DNA from: the human T2T-CHM13v2.0 reference genome, Homo sapiens
Direction: 5' to 3' (one strand)
DNA: 64,000 bases
Assembly: GCF_009914755.1 (NCBI RefSeq)
Contig: NC_060934.1
Shown piece after piece: positions 14,136-26,575 of this stretch. Each line of letters starts with the position of its first letter. Position 1 is the first letter of the stretch. The notes under the pieces are model-generated. The model was not told the DNA's origin. It was given only the letters and a program-made list of their open reading frames with translations, and did not search any database. Position numbers and translations under genes: made by a program.

Positions 14136-14900
14136 ATATCAGATACATTTTTGCATGTCAAGGCAAACACATCAACTGCATTTGTTAAATCACTTTTTAA
14201 AGCATGATCTAGTATTAATAACCTGAAATTGGTTGAAAATCCTAACCATGATGGTTAGGGTTCTTTCCACATCTGATTCTATGGGTTTTGCACTGCTCTT
14301 GATTTGATTCATTCAGGGAGTATGCTATCTTCTGATTTTTGTAACTGTGGAGTAGCATGTCTTGTAAAAATTTACCTTCATTCTTGAGTCAGTTCTCTTC
14401 TAAGCATCTGGTGAATGCCCACACAAGAAATATGTAAATTCACTCGGCTTAAATATCCCCTCATTCTTGTTGATATATTGGACTTGGCCTCAAGATGGTA
14501 TTGGAAGACTAGTTCAACTGTACGTTAGTGTTATCTTTAGGGAAATATGGTGGAAATCTGAGGCAAAGAGTAGAAATAGTTCACCAAAATATATTACTTA
14601 AGGTTAGCAACCCAACTAAAAGCTTTTGGGGTAGTGTGGTTGCTGGCTTGGCTTTAGCATTGCTTTTTAAAGGTGAAGGTTTGTTTAATTCCATGTGGTT
14701 GGGGTGAGAAGAGGAACAAGAGACCAAGAGACGATTAATAAAAGTGAGAATAAAATAGAAAATGCAAAGTCAGGGCCAGCTGCTTGCCAGTGTGAATGGA
14801 ATTACAATAATAATCTGGATGAGTTAGAGGCCAATGATAAAAGCACAATAAATTCCCAGAAAATTAGATTACTGAGAAAATCAGTCAAAATTTAAAAGCT

Positions 14901-17900
14901 GGGTTTTTTTTTTCTTTCCCCAAGATGGCAGAATAGAGGCTTTTAGCATGTCTCAGCCACTTGGAAATAGAGAGGCAGGGCATTGACATGAATTCTGAGA
15001 GCTTTAATTCAAGAAGAAAAATGAGAATCCGATGGAGTTGTGAAGGACCCCCCAGAACCTGCAGAGGAGAATGTGGGCAAACAGCCCCTGCAACAGCATC
15101 TGGCTGATCAAAACAGATCTCTGAGCATTCAGAACACCCTCTCCCCTGGAACAGCAGCCTGAGCCACTCCACCTTTCCAAGGCAGAGATCCTGGTGCAGG
15201 TGGACCCTTTCCACTCCAGGGCCAGGCAGTTCTCCAGGCCTCTCTAGCACTGACTCTCCAGGATTAGGCATTTGGATGCCCCACATCTCCATGCAGAGAA
15301 CTTGGAGCCAAGGATATTTTCAAGCTCCATGCCTAGACACACCTCTGGGCACATGATGGTCACCCATTGAATTATCCTTCGATGTTGGTGCTTATGCCTG
15401 CCATTGGGAAATCTGTAGGTGGACTCTCCAGGTCTGGCCTCACTCATCCTGGTCTCCAGCCCTGTGGGGAGTTTAGATGAGAATGCAGCCAACAAACCCA
15501 TTGTCTAAGGCAACAAAGAGCTTCTCCCAGTAAACAAGAATAAAGTATATACCCAGCCATGTTGGCTGAAGTGATTATTATCTATAAATACCATCAACTG
15601 GCTTGTAGGCCAAAGAGCACAGTGCAATATAAAACCTGCTGACAGAAGTGCATAGGGCTATAGAAGTAAAGTCAAAAGACCCTACCCAGTGCTCTACAGT
15701 TATATCCCCTGGAGTGGGGGTAGGGGGAGAAGGAGAAAGGAAACTATATATATTTTAGAGAAAGAAAGAAAACGAAAAAATTCTACTCACATGAATATAA
15801 TTACAAAACTCAAGAGTGCTGGCATCTCTAGTTGAGAAGAAACCAGCACAAGAATTCTGGCACCATAAAAATCTAAATGTAGTGACACCACCAAAGGATC
15901 ACACTAGCTCTTCAGCAGTTGTTAACCAACATGGAAACTAAGAAGTGACAGATAAAAAATTCTAGGCATGGATTTCAAGGAAGCTCAATGATATCTAAGA
16001 CAAGGTTTAAAATCAATGCAGAGAAACTTTCAAAGCCACCGAGGAAATGAAGGAAGAGATAAACACCTTTAAAGAAATCCATCAGAGCTTCTAGAATTGA
16101 AAAACTCACTTAAGGAATTTAAAAATACAATTGACAGCTTTATCAATAGACTAGACCAAGCAAAAGAAAGAATTTCAGAGCTTGAAGACTGGTCTTTTGA
16201 ACTAACTTGGTGAGACAAAAATAAAGAAAGATGATTTTAAAAAGATGAACAAAGCCTTTGAAAAAATGTGGGATTATGTTAAGCCACCAAATCTGCATAT
16301 TACTGGCATTCCTGAGAAAGAAGGAGAAAATATAAACAACCTGAAGAACATATTTAAGGGAATAATTCAAGAAACTTCCCATAATCTTGCTAAAGAGATA
16401 GACATCCAGATATGAGAAATACAGAGAACACCTACAAGATGTTATACAAAATGAACATCACCAGAGCATGTAGTCCCTGGATTGTCCAAGGTTAACATTA
16501 AAGAAAAAGATGTTAAAGGCAGCTAGAAAAAAGGTCAGATCATGTACAAAGGGAATCCTAATAGTCTAACAGAGGACTTTTCAGCAGAAACCTTACAAAC
16601 CAGGAGAGACTGGAGGCCTATTGTCAGCATTCTTAAAGAAAATAAATTCCAACCAAGAATTTTATATCCTGCCAAACTAAGCTTCATAAGTGAAGAAGAA
16701 ATAAAATATTTTCCAGAAAAGCAAGTGCTAAGGGAATTGGTTACCACTAGATCAGCCTTCCAAGAGATCCTTAATCAAGTTCTAAACATGGAAATGAAAG
16801 AATGATACTTGCTACCACAAAAATACACTTAAATACAGAGCTTACAGACCTCATAAAGCAACCACACAGTAGAAACTACAAAGCAATCAGCTAACAACTT
16901 CACAATGGGATCAAAATCTCACATATCAACATTAACTTTGAATGTAAATGGTCCAAATGCCCCACTTAAAAGGCACAGAGTGGTAAGTTAGATTAAAAAA
17001 AAACTAAAACTAAAACCAAGATGCATCTATCTGCTTTCTTCAAGAGACCCATCTCACGTGTAATGACTCTGATATGCTCAAAGTAAAGCGTTAGAGAAAA
17101 ATCTACCACAAAAATGGAACACACACAAAAAATTATTATATCAGACAAAACAGACTTTAAGCAAAACCATACTTATAAAGGACAAAGAATGGCATTAAAT
17201 AATGATACATTGTTCAATTCAATAAGAAGGCTTAACTATCCTAAATATATATGCAACATTAGAGTACCAAGAGTATCCAACACTAGAGTACCCAGATTCA
17301 TAAAACAAGTATTTCTAGATCTACAAAAAGACTTACAAAGCCACACAGTAATAGTGAGGTACTTCAACATTCCACTGACAGCATTAGACAGATTATTAAG
17401 ACAAAAAACTAATAAAGATATTCTGGACTTAAATTTGACACTTGATCAATTGTGCCTAACAGACATCTACAGAATATTCCACCCATGAAACACAGAATAT
17501 ACATTCTTCTCATCTGCACACGGAACATGCTCCAAAATCGATCAAACCACAAGCTTGACTACAAAGCAAGTCTCAATAAACTAAAACAAACAAACAAAAA
17601 CAGAAATCATATCAACCACACTCATGGACCACAGTGGAATGAAAATAGAAATCAATACCAAGTAGACCTCTCAAAACTATGCAATTACAGGGAAATTAAG
17701 CAACTTGCTCCTTAATGACTTTTGGGTAAACAATGAAATTAAGGTAAAAGTAAAAAGAATCATTGAAATAAATGAAAACGGAGACATGGCATATCAAAAT
17801 CTATGGAATGCAGCAAAAACAGTATTAAGAGGAAAGTTTATAGTGTTAAACATATACCTCAAAAAGTTAGACAGATCTCAAACTAATGATCTAACATCAC

Positions 17901-20900
17901 ATCTAGAGGAACTGGAAAAATGAGAACAAACTAACCCCAAAGCTAGCAAAAGAAATGAAATAACTAAAACCAGAGCAGAACTAAATGAAACTGAGACCCC
18001 AAAACCATAAAAAGAATCAATGAAACCAAAAATTGTTTTTTTTGAAAGGATAAACAAGATTGATAGACTGCTAGCTAAATTAACAAAGAAAAAAAGATCC
18101 AATTAAGCACAATCAGAAACAACAAAGATAACATTACAATCAATCCTACAGAAATACAAAAGGTCCTCAGAGACTATTATGAATACCTGTATGCACAAAA
18201 ACTAGAAAATCTAGAAGAAATGGATGAATTCCTGGAAACACATAATCTTCCAAACTTGAATTAGGAAGAAACTGGAAACCCAAACAGACCAATATTGAGT
18301 TACAAAATTGAATCAGTAATAAAAAAAACTACCAAAAGAAAAAAAAAAAGACCTGGACCACATGGACTCACAGTCAAATTCTATTAGACATACAAAGAAG
18401 AGCTGGTACTAATTCTACTGAAACTATTTCAAAAATAAGGAGGAGAGACTCCTGCCTCCCTCCTTTTATAAAACCAACATCACCCTGATAACAAAACCTA
18501 GCAAAGACACAATAAAAAGAAAACAACAGGCCAATATCCCTAATGAATAAAGACACAAAAATACTCAACAAAATACTAGCAAACCAAATCCAACAGCACA
18601 TCAAAAAGTTAATTCACCATAACCAAGTAAACTTCATTCCTGAGATGCAAGTTTTGCCTAATACATACAAATCAATAGGTGTGATTCACCACATAAACAG
18701 AATTAAAAACTAAAACCATATAATCATCTCAATAGACATGGAAAATGCTTTTGATAAACTTCAATATCCCTTCATGCTAAAAATACTAAACTAACTAGGC
18801 ATTGAAGGAACAAACCTCAAATTAAGAGCTACCTATGACAAACCCACAGTCAACATCACACTGAATGGGCAAGAAATGGAAGCATTCCCTTTAAGAACTA
18901 GAATAAGACAAGGATACCCTTTCTCACCACTCCTATTTAACCTAGTACCGGAAGTGCTAGCCAGATCAATTGGGCAAGACAAAGACATAAAAGGCATCCA
19001 AATAGGAAAAGAAGTCAATCTCTCTTTGTGGACAACATGGTTCTATACCTAAGAAACACTAAAGACTCCACCAAGTCTTCTGCAACTGATAAATGACCAG
19101 TAAAATTTAAGATACAAAATCAACGTACAAAAGTCAGTAGCATTTCTATACACCAGTGACATTCAACTGAAAGCCAAATCAAGAACACAATCTCATTTAC
19201 AATAGCCACGCACACACACACACACACAAAACTAAAATCTAGGTGTGCATCTAACCAAGGAGGTAAAATTCTCTACAAGGGAAACTACAAAACACTGCAG
19301 AAATAAATTGTAGATGACACAAACAAATGGAAAAACATACCATGCTCATGGATGGGAAGAACTAATATGAAAAAGGCCATACTACCCAAAGCAATGTACA
19401 CATTCAATAGTATTCCCATCAAGCTACCAACGTCATTTTTTACAGAACTAGAAACAGCTATGCTAATCTTCACATGGAACAAAAGAAAGAGCCCAAATAG
19501 CCAAAGCAATTCCAAGCAAAAAAAAAAAAAAAAATGGAAAGAAAAGAAAAAAGAAACAATATCAGAGGTTTTACATTACCTGACTTCAAACCATACTATA
19601 AGGCTATAGTAACCATAACAGCATGGTACTGGTACAAAAACAGACATGTAGACAAATGGAACAGAATAGAGAACCCAGAAATAAAAGCTGTACACCTACA
19701 GCTATCTTATTTTTAATAAAGTTGACAAAAATAAGCAAAGGAGAAAGAACTTCCTGTTCAATAAATTGTATTGAGATAGCTGCTAGCTATATGCAGAATA
19801 AACTGGACCCCTACTTTTTAACATAGACAAAAATTAACTGAAGATGGATTAAAGATTTAAAGGTAAGACCTCAAAATAAAAAAATTCTAGAAGAAAACAA
19901 CATTCTGGATATTGGCTTTGGGAAAGAACTTATGACTAAGTTCTCAATTCAGTTGCAACAAAAACAAAAAATGACAAGTGGGATCTAATTAAACTAAAGG
20001 TCTTCTGCACAGCAAAAGAAACTATCAATAGAGTGAACAGACAGCTTCCAGAATGGGATAAAATATTTACAAACTATTCATTCAACAAGGGTTTAATATC
20101 CATCATCTACATGAAACTTAAATAGTTGAACAAGCAAAAAACAAATAACCCCATTAAAAATGGGCAAAAGATATGAACAGACACTTTTCAAAGGAAGACA
20201 TACAAGTGACCAACAAACATGAAAAAATGTTCATCATCATTAATCATCAGAGAAATGCAAATCAAACTACAATGAGGCACTGTCTCACACCAGTCAGCAT
20301 GACTGTTACTAAAAAGTCAAAAACCAACAGATATGGGCAAGGCTGTGGAGAAAAGGGAACAGCTGATACACTGTTGGGGGAAATGTAAAGTAGTTTAGCC
20401 ACTGTGGAAATCAGTTTAGAGATGTCTCACAAAACTTCGAACTACCATTTGACCCAGCAATTCCATTACTGGGTATATATCCAAAAGAAAATAAATCATT
20501 TTACCAGAAAACACCCACGCTCACATGTTCATTATAGCACTATTCACAATAGCAAAGGCATGGAATAAACCAAGGTGCCCATCAACAGTGGACTGGATAA
20601 AGAAAATGTGGTACATATACACCATGGAATACTACACAGCCATGAAAAAGAAAGAAATCATGTCCTTTGCAGCAACATGAATACAGCTGAAGTTCTTTTT
20701 TTTTTTTCTTTTTTTTTTTTTGAGACGGAGTCTCGCTCTGTTGCCCAGGCTGAAGTTCTTTATCCTAAGAGAATTAACACAGGAACAGAAATGCATATCC
20801 TTCTTGTTCTCACTTATAACTTGGAGCTAAACATTGGGTGGTCATGCACATAAAGATAGCAACAATAGAAACTGGGAACTACTAGAGGGAGTGAAAGGGA

Positions 20901-21080
20901 AGGAAGAAAGGGTTTAAAAAAAAAAGAAACTATCACGTACTATGCTCAGTAGCTGAGTGATGAGATCAGTTCTACCCCAAGCCTCAGCATCATGCAATAT
21001 ATCCAGGTAATAAACCTGCACCTGTGCCCTACGAATCTAAAATAAAAGTTAAAATTATTAAAAAAATAAAGATAAATACA
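14901..21080 (+). mobile_element. Full-length decayed LINE-1 (L1PA15-17/L1PB-age), ~6.2 kb
   Basis: 5'UTR caagatggcagaatagaggc; ORF1 remnant (YKGNPNSLTEDFSAETLQ..FQPRILYPAKLSF); EN/RT/C-terminal ORF2 remnants with many stops and frameshifts; 3'UTR and A tail; TSD caaaatttaaaagct (14886-14900) / caaaattttaaagct (21081-21095). Confidence 0.95.
20699..20748 (-). mobile_element. Extremely 5'-truncated Alu inserted in the L1
   Basis: T-run then gagacggagtctcgctctgttgcccag, flanked by perfect 13-bp TSD gctgaagttcttt (20686-20698 / 20749-20761). Confidence 0.9.
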
Positions 21081-21309
21081 CAAAATTTTAAAGCTACAGA
21101 AATCACAATTTTAGAATAAAGAATACTATTTATTAAATTCAATTTAATTTTTATTTTATTTAAGGCTGTTATAAAAAAGTTTTAACAAGAGAAATATATA
21201 TGCATAGATATATATGTGTGTATATATATCATCTTCAAGCCATCCTAATGTTATACTCAAATCTTTGATTTTTCCAAGCGTTTTCTCTTCCAGAGTGCTT
21301 AGTATTTTT

Positions 21310-21323
21310 GTTACCATGACAAC
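21310..21323. promoter_or_regulatory. Candidate RFX X-box motif
   Basis: GTTACCATGACAAC, one mismatch from GTTRCCATGGYAAC; motif only. Confidence 0.3.
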
Positions 21324-22247
21324 ATGTGTAACAATTCCTTTTTTTGACAGTGTTGCACTAAGGATTGGTTGAGAAAGTACAATAAAGACAGTCTTCCAGT
21401 TCTTTCATTTGATTATATATGTTCATCTTCTTTTACACCTAAAGGAAGTTTTAAAACCCATCATGGATTAACCAAATTTGCAAAGATAGGAACAGTGGTG
21501 AAATGATTTTCTTGATGTGGAAATTTTATCCTGAAACATTGACTGAGTGAAAGGATGAGAGGTATTAGCTACCAGTGAGTTGTAAAGGAAACAAAACTGC
21601 CTCCTTTATGACAACTGTACCAGAAGGGAGGGGTGCTTTGCTTTCAGTTGAGCAGCAGATCAGCATTTGGTACAAGTTGGGGGCGTTTTTGAAAAATTCT
21701 ACTATCTGTGTGGATAAAAAGACACCAGTTGAATAGAACGAAAGAATTATCATATTCTTACATCTCAATATCTCCCTGTGAATTTGAGATGTGATTTAAT
21801 CAAGGAGTGGCGAAGGGCACTTTATGAAACAGGAGATGGCTCCTTACCAGTTAATTTTGAGAAAAAAAAAAAACAAAAAAAAATTTCTCTCCCCAGTTCT
21901 GTCAGCTTTCATAAGCACAGATAACAGGCCAGAAGCCTGCAACTGTATTTCCCACATAGCTGATCAGCAGTTATGAAATCACAGCAGTTAAATCTGAGCT
22001 CTTTAATGTGCCTTTTATATAGAAACCCTGGGAAACAATAAATAAAACATTAAGAGATATCATAATTGCAAAAAATAGTATCGCCAATAAACCTCCCATA
22101 GAAAGGCAAATATCATTTTCTCTGGACTTTTTCCTTCTGCTCTGAATTATGAAGATTGCACAGCTCAAGAAATTAGGACCATTCCAAAATTGCATTTGGT
22201 AAAGAGATTTGGAACTAAAATGTTAGGGATTATTATTCATAATAATC

Positions 22248-22333
22248 TGGCCTCTAACTCCTGACCTCAGGTGATCCACCGGTCTTGGCCTCCCAAAGTG
22301 CTGGGATTACAGGTGTGAGCCAGCACACCTGGC
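22248..22333 (-). mobile_element. Alu 5'-head fragment without tail
   Basis: ctcctgacctcaggtgatccacc...ctcccaaagtgctgggattacaggtgtgagcc. Confidence 0.9.
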
Positions 22334-22599
22334 AGATCTTCTGTCTTGAAAATACACATTATTACATAAAAAATATTTTTGTATTTCCCTAGATTTGTTT
22401 TTAATAGGAAACAAAGTCATTAAACGGTAGCTATGGAAAAAAAATGCCATAGAGCCAGACTTACGCACATCATGATTCTGAAATTTGACAAGGCCAAGCA
22501 CTTTCTTTTGTGTTATCTGCCTCCATTTGAACACAGGACAAAGAAAGGGTAGTTTTGGAAGAGAAGAAAAGTGATTCAGTCCTTGTGGTACCTGAGAAA

Positions 22600-22765
22600 G
22601 CATCAACCTAAATAACAAGCAGAGCGAGGTTCTCTAAAAGGAAATGATATTTATTCAGGAATATGCACGTCATAGTAAACTATGTGTGTATTCAGAGAGG
22701 TAAAGGAAGATGAAAGTTTTTAAAGAAATAAATGAATAGAATTGCATAATTGTTTTGATATAAGC
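22600..22765 (-). mobile_element. ERV1 LTR fragment (MER67-like)
   Basis: tcaacctaaataacaagcagagcgaggttctctaaaaggaaatgatatttattc...catagtaaactatgtgtgtattcagagaggtaaaggaaga. Confidence 0.55.
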
Positions 22766-25569
22766 ATGCCTTAGCCTACCTTAGCCCACCTCTGCCCTAC
22801 CATGTGTGGGTTCTGTCCATGGCTGACTTTCTCCTATGCAAAGCTTGGATTCTATGCAAGCAATACAAAGAGAAGGGTCAATGTGCTTCTCTGTCTCTCT
22901 CTCTGAATAGCATCATCTTATACAAGCCATGCAGGCAACCATCCTCCTCCCAAGACCAGGCACCTTATTCTTCCAATTTTAGGATATATTAGGGCGTGGA
23001 GCAGCTTGGCAGAATGATGCCAGGGTTCCTCTGCTTTGGTGAACTCAGTGGCTATGTTCTTATCTCCAGGAAATTCCATTTGGATAAAAACCCAGTGGCA
23101 CAGATTAATCTTAAATGCAAACTGTAAGAAGGTGTTCATGCTTTCTTTACGTTTCTCTGCAAGATATCCTTCAAATCTCCCAGCAGCGTCAAGCATTCTG
23201 CAGTATTTTTTAAGCTTAACTCCTTGTAGTCCACTGGGCTTATCACAGACACCATCTTTCTTCTGTGCTTCCAATTATGCCATGTTGTCATTTGCCAAGA
23301 TATGGGCTCCAATCTTAGCCTAGGGTTTCACCAGCCAAAAAGAAGAATGTGTTTCACAAAGAATCTAAGAAATTTCAGATGACCGCCAAGTACAGCAAGT
23401 CCAAGTATCAGGATACACAGTTCAGGGGTAAGACAAACATCTCTTTTTCTATAATTAAGTTTAATTTATATTCAGAGTCCCAGTTCCACTAATGGTAGAA
23501 ACCACTTCCAGACCCAAATCATGACATTGTTGAAGTTTCCTGTAACTTAGATGCAATGTGAGGGCAGGTATTTGGCTTTAACTTCCAATGTAAGACAGAT
23601 ATAACACTATGTAGAAATTATCAGAAAAATATCTATTTTATTCTATTGGCATGTAGTCACTACACAAGGTGTTTTAAAATCAAATGAAGGTTGGGAATGA
23701 AAGAAGCTCTATTACAACCAATTTCCGTGCACACTGAACAATTTTAAAGCTATATATGGGAAATCATATATTAAATATATAAGATATGCAAAATATTTTA
23801 ACCTGCTGGGTGAGTGGTTATTAATAAGAAATATTAAATCTTGACCAAAATAATTAGACTAGATCATTGCTGTAACATGGATTATTATTGCATCAACAAA
23901 TTCGTACTACAGGTCAAATCATACAGCCTGAAGAATAACAACGATGAATAAAGGAACAAACTATAATGATGCTGAGTTATGAAATGAAAATTCTACCAAC
24001 ATCATGGTGTAAATGTCTTTTAAACAAGTATTTGCTAATGGAATTCAACGAGGGAATACTAGGGGAAGTAAGTTGGACATGTCCAGTGTCCTCAGGGAAG
24101 ACAGAGTAGAAGGACTGTGAATGAATGTGCAGGGCTTCTGCCCGAAGAAGAAATAGACCCCTAGGCCCAAGGCTGAAGACTGTTACCTTGCAAAGCTTTC
24201 TGGGCCTCTGGACTGTTGAATGCTAAGTGTGGTGCTAGACACAGCAATACCTTCAACACACTTTCTGTTGGCTCTGTGCTGCATAGTTGTCCCCAAAGTT
24301 TTTTCTGTGGAAAACTGATTTTGTGAGGGTCTTCTTGAAAAGAGGCTACATGGTCAAACAAGTCTAAGGTGTATGGCAGTGCTCTTAGCCTATGTGGCAC
24401 AGTGAGAAGGGCTCTGATGTGAAATCCAGGTCAATATCCTTCAACCTGGTATTTACCAGATTTTTTGAATATTCAGCCTGGTTTCTTTTTTTTCTTTTCT
24501 TTCTTTCTTTCTTTTTTTTTTTTTGGTCACATTTATTAACATCCTCTAGAACTGGTATTCTGAGGAGCACCTTAGAAGTGCTGATCTTGCTCTACATTTC
24601 AAGCTGATATGCAATTTTTAAAGTAGATTTATAGATTTTACCTTTAACTACTGCATAGTTTTATTTATAAAATTTTCAGCAGAATGAGAACCAGTGGTTA
24701 ATAGCAACTTGAACACCCAAGGAAGTGTTTATTTCTCAGAAGGACTCTTCTGCTAGATCACTGACAACTCAAGTTCTTGATTCTCTATCCTAGATGCCAT
24801 CCTGGTGTGGCTCTAGGGAACCAGTCTGTCCTCATCCCTGTTGATATGCTTTCCAGGGTGCTGCGGCTCTCTGACATACAAAGTAAAAGTGTTACTGAGA
24901 GCTGCAGTTGCTTCTGCCCCCTAAGAAAGCTGAAATACTTCATGGGAAAAGGAAATCTCCATGCCACTCCCTCCATATTCTGATGCTGGGGAATGCTGGG
25001 AGGTAGGCTCTTCATGGAAAAGGGCACACCAAGCATCTTTGAATACAGGGAAAGAAGAAACCTGGGACTGAGTATGGAGCATAGACTAGACGGGTTTTAT
25101 TTGCGCCACATAACAACACAGAGGAAATTGGAGAATCGTAAAAGGAAGAAAGAAGGGAACTTTGAAAGAGGACGCTGGCTGTGACCAGTGGAAGAGGGCC
25201 TGAAAGGGTTTTTAGAACAAGATTGTAAAATATTCTATTTTAATTTGTTTACACTAGTGCATTGTAAATATTCTTCCTAACTCTTCCACAATCTTCCAAG
25301 ATCTCCATCCACATGCCTATGCATACTTCTCAATGCTGTCTTAGTTGATGCCTGAGCCTGAATAACTAGAGGTGGAATCTACCCTCTGCTTTTGGGTCCC
25401 TGCGTATAGAACCAGAGAAGTTGACTGAGGCCGGATGGAGCTCGGGCCAGAAGTGACCAATTAAAATATACTTAACTTCATAAAGAGGCGGGCTGGGAAA
25501 AGCTTTACCCAAGCTGACCAAAGCTCCAAATGGCCAGGTGGATCTCAACAGGTAGCGTACCAATAAAAG

Positions 25570-26300
25570 TTCAACTTAGTGCTGATTATCAGAGAAGTGC
25601 AATATAAAGCCAGTACTTTTGACTTATCAAAGTCAAGGAGAACATTTTAGTGATAGCATCAAGTATGAGTGTGAGTGAAGGGCAGAGAGGACAGAGCCCT
25701 GTCCTACATGGCTGCTGAAAGTGTAAATTTGCAACTTTGTATAAAGAATTGGGTAATGTGTATCAAAAATCTTAAACATAACTGTTTGTGTTAACTTGGG
25801 AATAGGAAATTAGCTACAGGAACAGAGAATCATTGAAAAATCTGTGGGCATTCATACATTTTACAGAATTATTTATAAGAACAAAAATAGGTATACTCTA
25901 AATGTTTAATAAAGGAAATTGATTAAAATACTCATTTTTCAATAACACAATATTTCCCTTCTTTCCTTCCCTCTCCTCTCTTCTCCCCGTATCTCTCCAC
26001 ACGTACATATGTATGAGAGTGCATCTACACACTCACATTCATGAGCAATATTCTATTTTGGAAAATATTAAAAGTATTCAAAAGTTTATTTTTAAAAGTT
26101 GGGACCACCAGACATTTTATGGAAGAATATTTAATTGTTAAGTAAAAAGGACAGGTTCTATTCCAGAGAGACCAGCAATACATTATAGCATGTAATTATA
26201 TCCACATTATGAGATTATGGGAGCTTTGCATATTCTTTATTTTTTTTTCCTGCATTTTCCAAATTTTCAAAAATTATCCTGTACTATTTTTCCATTTATC
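25570..26300 (+). mobile_element. Ancient L1ME-like fragment
   Basis: tgattatcagagaagtgcaatataaagcc...gctgctgaaagtgtaaatt...gggtaatgtgtatcaaaaatctta. Confidence 0.55.
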
Positions 26301-26414
26301 AATAAATCAAGTAAACACATCAGATGCAGGCACCAAAGAGGATTCAGACTAGTATTGCTGACTTTATTTTTTAGATAATTAAAAAAAAATTTTAGATTTT
26401 TTTATCATGTTTAA

Positions 26415-26575
<161 letters not shown>

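Noticed and set aside
16542-20853. L1 ORF1/ORF2-like peptides as active genes
   Set aside because: Fragmented by many stops and frameshifts; the element is dead
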